From NCBI GenBank assembly GCA_016839945.1, contig JAEOTE010000042.1:1-12857 (forward strand): a stretch of DNA of 12,857 nt. The letters are read 5' to 3'. Under the pieces are notes generated by a model. It did not search any database. It was not told where the DNA came from and saw only the letters and a program-made list of their open reading frames with translations. Of this stretch, positions 1 to 7,306 are shown one piece after another. Numbering within the stretch: the stretch's first letter is position 1; every line of letters starts with the position of its first letter. The position numbers and the translations under genes were made by a program. This DNA is from Candidatus Heimdallarchaeota archaeon (GTDB taxonomy: Archaea; Asgardarchaeota; Heimdallarchaeia; Heimdallarchaeales; Heimdallarchaeaceae).

Positions 1-80
1 TCAAAGTCACTTTACTTTTTGATAATTGTAATTCAATACATAAAATATCTTTCCATTACTCACAAAGTGCACTACTAATC

Positions 81-99
81 AAAAACTATATAATATAAA
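81..99 (+). promoter_or_regulatory. Putative archaeal BRE/TATA promoter of the subunit D gene
   Basis: An A-run is followed by TATATAATATAAA (87-99), starting about 30 nt upstream of ATG 117. No obvious SD, which fits a leaderless or short-leader transcript. The AT-rich background weakens the call. Confidence 0.4.
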
Positions 100-116
100 C
101 TTCTAAATCATCGTTG

Positions 117-764
117 ATGGCAACTCCCGAATTTGGTACTATAAGCGCTACAAGAATGGAGCTCCTTAATACACGTGCTCGGATACGTTTAGCTCAAAAA
201 GGACACGATCTCCTCAAAGAAAAGATGGACGCACTAGTAATTGAGTTATATGCCATTAAAGATGAAGTTCGTCAAGCTAGAAAACAAGTAGAAGAGGAGT
301 TACTAATTGCGTATCAATCCTTAACAAAAGCGGAAATGATTGTAGGTCCTGATAAAATAAGAGACTTAGCACAGTATGCTCCTTCAGTGTTAGAAATAAA
401 AACACAAACTGTAAGTATTATGGGGGTAAAATCAGCTCGTTTCATTGTTGATGAAGTCCAAAAAGAAGGAGAAGAAGTGTTTTATGGCTTAACTAGCTCA
501 AGCGCACAATTAGATAGAGCTATTGTTTATTTCAGAAAATCTCTTAGAACTCTTATGATAATTGCTGAAAAAATGACCTTATTGGAGAAATTAGCAACTG
601 AAATAAATAAAACAAAAAGAAGAGTAAATGCTCTTAACTATATCTTGATACCAAAACTTAGAGCAACTGCTACTTTTATCGCTAGTACTCTTGAAGAACA
701 AGAGAGAGAAACATTTTCAAGATTAAAGAGAGTTAAAGCTATCTTGGAAGCAAAAAAGAAATAG
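117..764 (+). CDS. atpD: A/V-type ATP synthase subunit D (central stalk)
   Basis: Family motifs ATRMELL..R.R..LAQKGHDLLKEKMDAL, SIMGV and LATEINKTKRRVNALNYILIPKL...I...LEEQERETFSRLKRVK. ATG 117 is preferred over the adjacent TTG 114. Confidence 0.96.
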   Translation: MATPEFGTISATRMELLNTRARIRLAQKGHDLLKEKMDALVIELYAIKDEVRQARKQVEEELLIAYQSLTKAEMIVGPDKIRDLAQYAPSVLEIKTQTVSIMGVKSARFIVDEVQKEGEEVFYGLTSSSAQLDRAIVYFRKSLRTLMIIAEKMTLLEKLATEINKTKRRVNALNYILIPKLRATATFIASTLEEQERETFSRLKRVKAILEAKKK

Positions 765-963
765 TAAAACAAGTTGATTATTTTAACAAATACTTTGTCC
801 TAAACTTTAATATTTTCATTTAGCTTTTAAAATGATATTTTCAAGATAATATTACCCTTTTTAACTTGGCAACATTAATAGAGTTTATTAATTATAATAT
901 CTGTATTAATGACAGAGAAAGAAATAAAAATCTTCGATATACAAAAATAATAGAGGCAAAGAT

Positions 964-1827
964 ATGACAATTGTAGATTGGTTTCAAAATTTACCTCCAC
1001 TGGGTTTAGACCCTGGCATTAAAATGATAATTTATCTTCTAGTTATCTTTACACTCCTAAGCAGTTTGATAGTACTTCTTACTACAAGAGCTTACAGAAA
1101 AGGGAAAGGACCCTCTTTGCTGGATTTAGATCTTGATTCAGATATACCGACACCTACTGATATACCTGCATCAGAAAGAATAGCAATTTTAAACATTGAA
1201 AAGGCTAAGTTTGAAGGAGGACAACGTGCATTATCTGATGCTCATAGGAAGAAGGAGATAAGTGAATCAATTTTTGGTAGATTATCTGTTAGATATGCAG
1301 GCGATGTTAAGAAGATTGAGGATGAAATTGAGAAGACATCAAGAGAAGCAGAGGTATCTCAACTTGAGGAAGAATTAAAGAAAATGCAAGGTGATTATTT
1401 AAGCAAGATTAAAGGAGAAGAGACGATAGCAGTTCCAACTCCAACACCAAGTGAAGCACCACCTGCACCTCCTAAAAAGAGGAGAAAAAGAGGTGCACCA
1501 GCAGCAACTCCAACTCCACCAGCACCTACACCAACACCACCAGCACCAAGCGCAGCACCACCACCTCCAACTGTGGGTAAAACACCACCTGCTACAGCTG
1601 TTCCAACACCTCCAATGCCTACAGTACCACCAAAAGTAACACCTCCAAGCGCAGCACCCTCAATTCCAGCACCAACCGTTCCAACTCCCAAACCCCCATC
1701 TGCTACTCCATCTGCAGGAGAAGGAGAAGGAGATTTGTTCGCAAAAAGTACATCTATCGCTGCATTACGCAAAGAAATGCTCAAAGAATTAGACAGACTT
1801 AAGAAATTCATGAGCGAGCAACAGTAA
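964..1827 (+). CDS. Uncharacterised single-pass membrane protein: TM helix, coiled coil, basic patch, Pro/Thr/Ala-rich linker, C-terminal amphipathic helix
   Basis: 287-aa ORF with GAGG upstream. Hydrophobic aa 21-40 followed by RAYRKGK; charged helical aa 71-150; PPKKRRKR aa 169-176; Pro-rich aa 157-250; terminal helix SIAALRKEMLKELDRLKKFM. Confidence 0.9.
   Translation: MTIVDWFQNLPPLGLDPGIKMIIYLLVIFTLLSSLIVLLTTRAYRKGKGPSLLDLDLDSDIPTPTDIPASERIAILNIEKAKFEGGQRALSDAHRKKEISESIFGRLSVRYAGDVKKIEDEIEKTSREAEVSQLEEELKKMQGDYLSKIKGEETIAVPTPTPSEAPPAPPKKRRKRGAPAATPTPPAPTPTPPAPSAAPPPPTVGKTPPATAVPTPPMPTVPPKVTPPSAAPSIPAPTVPTPKPPSATPSAGEGEGDLFAKSTSIAALRKEMLKELDRLKKFMSEQQ
1432..1713 (+). repeat. Low-complexity CCA/ACA/GCA-rich tract encoding Pro/Thr/Ala repeats
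   Basis: Recurrent PTP, PPAP and PSAAP units. Exact 14-bp direct repeat ccaagcgcagcacc at 1546-1559 and 1645-1658. Confidence 0.8.
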
Positions 1828-1853
1828 ACCATTGTAGGTAAGAGCACAATCAT

Positions 1854-1900
1854 AAATAGAAAATGGAAACTATTTTATTTTCTGTTTTTCTCTTAATTTT
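1854..1900 (+). terminator. Possible terminator: imperfect AT-rich hairpin plus T-rich tract
   Basis: aaatagaaaat (1854-1864) pairs with attttctgttt (1877-1887) with one G-U pair. T-rich sequence follows, just downstream of the stop at 1827. Confidence 0.3.
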
Positions 1901-1911
1901 ATTTGGAATAA

Positions 1912-2331
<420 letters not shown>

Positions 2332-2350
2332 TGTTTTTTTTTATTTTTAT
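2332..2350 (+). terminator. Oligo-T tract, archaeal-type terminator candidate
   Basis: tgtttttttttatttttat immediately follows the yccF stop codon. Confidence 0.4.
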
Positions 2351-2398
2351 ACACTATTCTTATATGTTCATTACTGGAATTAAAATAAGAGAGTAAAA

Positions 2399-3112
2399 AT
2401 GGCTAACGAGAGAGACAATAATTCAACAAAAGAACAAGAGAAAACCCAAGCAGCATTAAAGGTAGCAAAGGAATTCATTTATGACGATTTTGTACTAGGA
2501 ATCGGGACAGGGAGTACTGTAAAATTTTTCATTAAAGCTATCGCAGAATTGATTGAGAAAAACGGTCTTGATATTATATTAGTTCCTTCTTCATTAGATA
2601 CACAGTTGGAATTAGCCAAAGTGGGATTATCTTATTCATCTTTGTTGGAATTTCCAGATTTAGATGTTTACGTTGATTCTGCAGATATTATTACAAAAGA
2701 TCATGTTCTGATAAAAGGGGGAGGAGCGGCTTTAACAAAAGAAAAAATAATGGCGAAAGCTGCAAAGGAATTCATAGTAATAGTTGATGATTCAAAATAT
2801 CCAAGAAATCTATTGAGTCACCCTGTACCAGTTGAGTTGTTACCTTCAGCAATTAATACCATTATTCAACCCATTTTCAATCTTGGAGGAGAATTTGAGC
2901 TTCGTTATGGAAAAGGAAAGATTGGTCCAATTATTACTGATAATGGAAATTGTATAGGCGATATCTCTTTTAGTGCCCTCTATGATCCTACGGAAATGGA
3001 AAAAGTGCTTAATATTATTCCTGGAATTATAGAAAATGGTTTATTCGTTTCTTATGCTCATCGAATTATCATAGGACGCAAAGACGATGTTGAAATAATT
3101 GACTTAATGTAG
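2399..3112 (+). CDS. rpiA: Ribose-5-phosphate isomerase A
   Basis: Motifs GIGTGST, VPSS..T, DSAD (DGAD variant), IKGGGAALTKEKI, PVE, ITDNGN and IPGIIENGLF. Confidence 0.96.
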   Translation: MANERDNNSTKEQEKTQAALKVAKEFIYDDFVLGIGTGSTVKFFIKAIAELIEKNGLDIILVPSSLDTQLELAKVGLSYSSLLEFPDLDVYVDSADIITKDHVLIKGGGAALTKEKIMAKAAKEFIVIVDDSKYPRNLLSHPVPVELLPSAINTIIQPIFNLGGEFELRYGKGKIGPIITDNGNCIGDISFSALYDPTEMEKVLNIIPGIIENGLFVSYAHRIIIGRKDDVEIIDLM

Positions 3113-3116
3113 AAAA

Positions 3117-4931
3117 TTAGAGAATAGCAGAAATTGTAGCCCCTCGGCTATATGCATTCATTATTTTTCTTCCAATTTGACTATTCTTATCAATGCTAAT
3201 TTCACTTGTTTTTCCAACTGTTAATTGTATTAGTTCATCTCCATCTATGGAAACAACTACATCTTTTCCAATTAGCAGACTGGGAAAGATCAAATTCACT
3301 TTGTTTTTGATTGGATAAACATCAATTATGAATTCAGCTTCTTCAGTTCTTTCGTCAAAAGTTCTTACATCAATGGATAAACCTAATTTTTGTTCAATTT
3401 CTTCTATTCTTTTTCCATTTTTCCCTATTATCCTTGGTTTGTCTTTTTTAGTTACAAATAATGTTAAAGAATCCGGAGAATTAAAATCAAAGTTATAATC
3501 ATATATAGAATATTTCTTTAGTGTTTTTTGAATAATTGAAGGTGACACAGTTTTTTGAGTCATAAAACTTTTTCTTTTAGAGTCTGACCCTTTAAGCGGA
3601 GCAACAACAATTTGTTCTCCAAAGGTGTATATCTCATATTCTGGGGCATTAGTATGAAAATCTTTCACAATAACTACTGGGCGAGTTAAATCCCTTTCTC
3701 GCATTCCAGTTGGTAATTTAATCGTTAATTCAAGAGTATATGTCTTAGCTATATCTCCCTTATCAATGAAGATAATTGTATCTACAATAGAAGGTATAAC
3801 TCCTAAATCTACTCTTTTGATGAAACGTTGAATTCCATCTATTGCTTGTGTAGCATGAACAACTCCAATTAGCCCAATTCCAGCAAGTCTTAAATCAGAA
3901 TAGGTTTCAAAATCTTTGGTTTTTCGTAATTCGTCATAAATTACATAGTCCGGTCTCATTAGAAGCACTAAATCCGCAGAAGCTGAAATATCACCTTCAA
4001 ATCCAGACATTTGGGTTATTCTGTTATCTACTTGGAGATCTCTTGGATTCTCAAATGTTTTTACAATCCTATCCTTGTCTGCATAAAATTCTGCAATAGC
4101 TGTAGCAAATGTGCTTTTTCCAGCTCCTGGTGGTCCTGCAATAATGATACCATCTGCTTTTTTCTCGATTCTCTCTAATAAAGTAGGATCTAATCTATAA
4201 TCTTTCAAAGAAAGTTTCAATATTGGTTTTACTGCAGTGATTTCCATTGCATCACTGAAAGGAGGTCTTATAATAACTATTCTTGACTTTTTTAGCTGTA
4301 CAACTGTTGTTCCATATTGGTCAGATTCTATAAAACTATCTTTTTCCCTTCTAGCTCTTTCAACTATATCTTTAGATAAATCTTCTAAAAATTCTCTTGA
4401 GAGTATTTCTTCCTCAGATAATGACACTAATTCAAAATTACCTGGTTTTCCTTTCTTTGCTAGAGGACGATTTTCTTCCCTTAGATGAATAGACATAGTA
4501 GTTTCATCAAAATAATCTTCAATTTTCTTTCCTAGGCTTTTTGTTGTTTCTTTGATATAAACAACAGCTAAACCTTCAGCTTTTCCTATTTCAGCCATCA
4601 CTCTATCAGATGTAACAAGGATGGCTTGATATTCCTCTGCCAATTCTCGAATTTTTGCATCTAGTTCTCCAGCAAATGCTCCTCGTATTTGATTATATGT
4701 AGGTCTACTGCCATCTATAATGATGCTAAATCCTTTTTCTGCACAAAAATCTCTCATTCTTTGTAATTCTTCTAAAGCTGCAATTCCAGTTGTTTTAGCT
4801 TGATTTGCCATGTTCTCAATTTCAGCTACAACTACTCTTGATAAGATGATTTCCTCAAGATCTTTTTGTTCTGAAATATATTTTAGAAATTGTCCGTTAA
4901 TAATTGTTGATGTATCAGGAACATACTTCAT
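3117..4931 (-). CDS. PINA-type ATPase: PIN/VapC domain, PilT/VirB11-like P-loop ATPase and KH domain
   Basis: PIN motifs YVPDTS, VVAEIE, GELDAKIRE and VTSD. Walker A GPPGAGKST, KTFENPRDLQ, Walker B RPDYVIYDELR, GVVHA and KH loop IIGKNGKRI. 604 aa. Confidence 0.93.
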   Translation of the reverse strand: MKYVPDTSTIINGQFLKYISEQKDLEEIILSRVVVAEIENMANQAKTTGIAALEELQRMRDFCAEKGFSIIIDGSRPTYNQIRGAFAGELDAKIRELAEEYQAILVTSDRVMAEIGKAEGLAVVYIKETTKSLGKKIEDYFDETTMSIHLREENRPLAKKGKPGNFELVSLSEEEILSREFLEDLSKDIVERARREKDSFIESDQYGTTVVQLKKSRIVIIRPPFSDAMEITAVKPILKLSLKDYRLDPTLLERIEKKADGIIIAGPPGAGKSTFATAIAEFYADKDRIVKTFENPRDLQVDNRITQMSGFEGDISASADLVLLMRPDYVIYDELRKTKDFETYSDLRLAGIGLIGVVHATQAIDGIQRFIKRVDLGVIPSIVDTIIFIDKGDIAKTYTLELTIKLPTGMRERDLTRPVVIVKDFHTNAPEYEIYTFGEQIVVAPLKGSDSKRKSFMTQKTVSPSIIQKTLKKYSIYDYNFDFNSPDSLTLFVTKKDKPRIIGKNGKRIEEIEQKLGLSIDVRTFDERTEEAEFIIDVYPIKNKVNLIFPSLLIGKDVVVSIDGDELIQLTVGKTSEISIDKNSQIGRKIMNAYSRGATISAIL

Positions 4932-5483
4932 TTAATTCTCTCCTAAATCTAGATTTATTTTCTCAAATTCCAACTCACTTACACTGTAATAGGAGACATC
5001 ACCTAAACTATCAATCACAGCAAAAATTAGTAATTTACTTATCTTTTTTGCTTCTGAAACAATCTGATCGATGTCATCAATATTAAATAATGACCCCTCA
5101 ACCATAGGCACTACAAGAGCTAGATGTTGAGCATTTTTTGGTGTTGCACCCCTTTCATAAAGTTCAAAATATTTTTCGTTAATTGAATGTCTCTTAACAA
5201 CATAACCTCTAGCTCTTAGATCTTTAAATAGAAGATAATGAACCAAAAATTCTTTAATGTTATTAGAAAAGAATGCTACAACTTCAGAAAGTGAAAGATT
5301 TTGGTTTTTTGTCTCTTGTACTTCAATTTTTTTCCTTTCCAATAATAATACAGTTTCATAAGGATCTAGTTTTAGATGACCAGATTTTGTGAATTTTCCA
5401 AACCAACCTTGACTGTATATTGAATTACCATTTTTATCTTCTATCAAGGAATATTCATTATGAAGTTTTGCTATTGGGGTCAT
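4932..5483 (-). CDS. endA: tRNA-splicing endonuclease (EndA) family protein, possibly a structural subunit
   Basis: N-domain pattern L.LDPYE...L.E...IEV, then FKDLRARGYVVK, FELYERG and LLIFAVIDSLGDVSYY. Single-unit length of 183 aa. Confidence 0.85.
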   Translation of the reverse strand: MTPIAKLHNEYSLIEDKNGNSIYSQGWFGKFTKSGHLKLDPYETVLLLERKKIEVQETKNQNLSLSEVVAFFSNNIKEFLVHYLLFKDLRARGYVVKRHSINEKYFELYERGATPKNAQHLALVVPMVEGSLFNIDDIDQIVSEAKKISKLLIFAVIDSLGDVSYYSVSELEFEKINLDLGEN

Positions 5484-5548
5484 TTGTTTCTAAATTAATG
5501 AAAAGAGGATAATATTAAAAATTGGTGTTAAAAGATTCTTTAGATTTA

Positions 5549-6382
5549 ATGAAAATAAAGAATAAATTACAGAATTCACTGAAAGGTAAAATAGACCCTT
5601 CTTTATTGGATAAAATACCTTCTGGATATTCGGTAATAGGGGATATTGCTATTTTTCATCATATTAATGAAGGTTTAAATTCCATCAAAGAGCATATTGG
5701 GGATTTAGTAATTCAATTTGATCCACAAGTTTCTGTTGTAGTTGAACAAATCGAAACAAAATCCATATATCGTAAACCCGTAATTGAATACATAGCAGGG
5801 GAGAAAAGAGCTTTAACAATCCATAAAGAATACAATACACTTTTTCATATTGATGTTTCAAAAATAACATTTTCTCCAGGGAATAAAGGAGAAAGAGGTT
5901 TTTTAATTAATACAGTAAAAAATGGAGAGATAGTTTGTGATATGTTTGCTTGTATAGGAAATTTATCTCTTCCAATTGTTGTTAACAATCCAAGTATAAC
6001 TGTCTATGGAATAGAAGCAAATAAAGACGCATTTGATTTTTTGAAAAAAAACATAAAAGAAAATGACGTTCAAGGAAGATATCATCCTGTTTTTGGTGAT
6101 AACCGTATTAAAACACCGGAAGGAATTGCTAACAGAGTTATAATGGGATTTTTTGAGACTGACATAATACAATTCACAAAAGCTGTTGATGCAATACAAA
6201 ATGAGGGGTGGATTCATCACCATTTTATTTCATCTCGCAATCTTAATTATAAGATTGAAGATATGATAAAATCTACAAAAAACAAAGTAAAATTCAGAGT
6301 AGAATCAACTGAAATTAGAAAAGTTAAGAAAGTATCTCCTCGCCTTATTCATCATTGCGCAGATATTAAAATACGGAAGTAA
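5549..6382 (+). CDS. taw2: Trm5/Tyw2 (Met-10+) family SAM-dependent enzyme, most like the Taw2 wyosine aminocarboxypropyltransferase
   Basis: IPSGYSVIGDI, TIHKEY...F.IDVSKITFSPGN..ER, DMFACIGNLSLPI, IEAN..AF.FL..NI..N, GDNR, ANRVIMG and GWIHHH. FSPGN and RVIMG favour Tyw2 over Trm5 (RIIMNLP). The start could also be TTG 5522. Confidence 0.8.
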   Translation: MKIKNKLQNSLKGKIDPSLLDKIPSGYSVIGDIAIFHHINEGLNSIKEHIGDLVIQFDPQVSVVVEQIETKSIYRKPVIEYIAGEKRALTIHKEYNTLFHIDVSKITFSPGNKGERGFLINTVKNGEIVCDMFACIGNLSLPIVVNNPSITVYGIEANKDAFDFLKKNIKENDVQGRYHPVFGDNRIKTPEGIANRVIMGFFETDIIQFTKAVDAIQNEGWIHHHFISSRNLNYKIEDMIKSTKNKVKFRVESTEIRKVKKVSPRLIHHCADIKIRK

Positions 6383-6450
6383 TTTTGAGTAAAAACTCAT
6401 GGATTGTTATATTTAGAAAATGTTAAAGCGTATGGATTGAAAGTAAAACA

Positions 6451-6933
6451 ATGTCTAGAGAAAAACCTAATTCTTTCGAACTAAGAAAACTAAGAGGTAT
6501 TGCTGATTACCAATTTGGAAAAGGCTCAGGAGAAGTCTTGTTTCCAAAAGATATAACTATTGAACGATCAAGAGGAACAAAAAGAATCCGTTTTATCTAT
6601 CTAGATAATGAAAGAATCTGTTCTTTTAGAGTTCGAGATGGTTTTTTAATACCGTCATTATTAGGTGGTGAGATTCTCTATAAAAACAATTTTGCACATA
6701 AAGTTAAAGTTATTCTAGAAGCAGAACCTTTTGTAAGAAAAGGTAAATCCTTGTTTGCTAAACACGTTATTGAAGCGGATCAAGGAATTTCTGCAAAAGA
6801 AGAAGTGATTTTGATAAATGAACAAGGAGGCTTCATTGGCATAGGAACATCTAAATTATCTGCTGAATTAATGCTTGAGATGCAAAGTGGAGTTGCTGTT
6901 GATACCAGAAAAGGAGTTGGAGAGAATAAATAA
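6451..6933 (+). CDS. Stand-alone arcTGT C2-like plus PUA domain RNA-binding protein
   Basis: IADYQFGKG.G..LF, S..T.RIR.IY and R.RDG...PS..G, followed by the PUA motif EPFVRKGKSLFAKHVIEADQGI...EEVILI...G..IGIG. Confidence 0.88.
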   Translation: MSREKPNSFELRKLRGIADYQFGKGSGEVLFPKDITIERSRGTKRIRFIYLDNERICSFRVRDGFLIPSLLGGEILYKNNFAHKVKVILEAEPFVRKGKSLFAKHVIEADQGISAKEEVILINEQGGFIGIGTSKLSAELMLEMQSGVAVDTRKGVGENK

Positions 6934-6934
6934 C

Positions 6935-7300
6935 TTACTTCTTGGTTTTAAGTCTCATAATTGCTCCAGCCAAATCTCCCTTTTCCTCTTCTATCGCATT
7001 CCTTGCTTCTTCTTCTGATGCACCAGTTTGATTCATTATTAGTTTTACATCGTCTTCAGAGATAGCAACTGCTGCTGCTTCAACACCAGTACTTCCTTTC
7101 TCCCTTTCTATTCCTGAACCCACCACTTGATAGATTTCTCCACCAAGAATTATTTTACTCACTTGTGGAGAAGGAATAACAATATCTTTATCTTCAAGTC
7201 GGATAATTACTTCCTCTACACCTTCTAACTCTTCAGTTTTCATTTGTCCCCTCATTCTTTTCATTTCTCTGGGACTCATAGGTCTTTTTGGGGTTGCCAT
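6935..7300 (-). CDS. nac: Nascent polypeptide-associated complex protein (NAC plus UBA domain)
   Basis: M.PREMKRM, EELEGVEEVIIR, I..PQV and YQVVG, followed by UBA-like ISEDDVKLIMNQTGASEEEARNAIEEEKGDLAGAIMRL. Confidence 0.95.
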   Translation of the reverse strand: MATPKRPMSPREMKRMRGQMKTEELEGVEEVIIRLEDKDIVIPSPQVSKIILGGEIYQVVGSGIEREKGSTGVEAAAVAISEDDVKLIMNQTGASEEEARNAIEEEKGDLAGAIMRLKTKK

Positions 7301-7306
7301 TTTAAT

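Noticed and set aside
1-113. Start of a divergent gene at the window edge
   Set aside because: The minus-strand ATG/GTG frames I traced reach a stop within about 20 codons, so no CDS can be supported.
765-963. Largest intergenic region as an ncRNA, tRNA or CRISPR site
   Set aside because: Very AT-rich, with no cloverleaf, stable stem or regularly spaced repeat that I could see; consistent with a terminator plus promoter.
1451-1639. 62-aa His/Gln/Leu-rich ORF resembling a metal-binding peptide
   Set aside because: Shifted-frame reading of the same low-complexity Pro codons, with no independent support.
1395-1853. 152-aa Gly/Val/Ala-rich minus-strand ORF
   Set aside because: Antisense shadow of the CCA/ACA/GCA-rich Pro tract, which lacks stops on the reverse strand.
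3117-4931. PIN domain as a VapC toxin, or ATPase as a pilus/secretion motor
   Set aside because: The PIN-ATPase-KH fusion matches the conserved archaeal PINA family, and no antitoxin or pilus genes are nearby.
4237-6223. Short ORFs 4237-4488, 4904-5086, 5685-5870 and 5963-6223
   Set aside because: All are antisense to well-supported genes and have no recognisable motifs.
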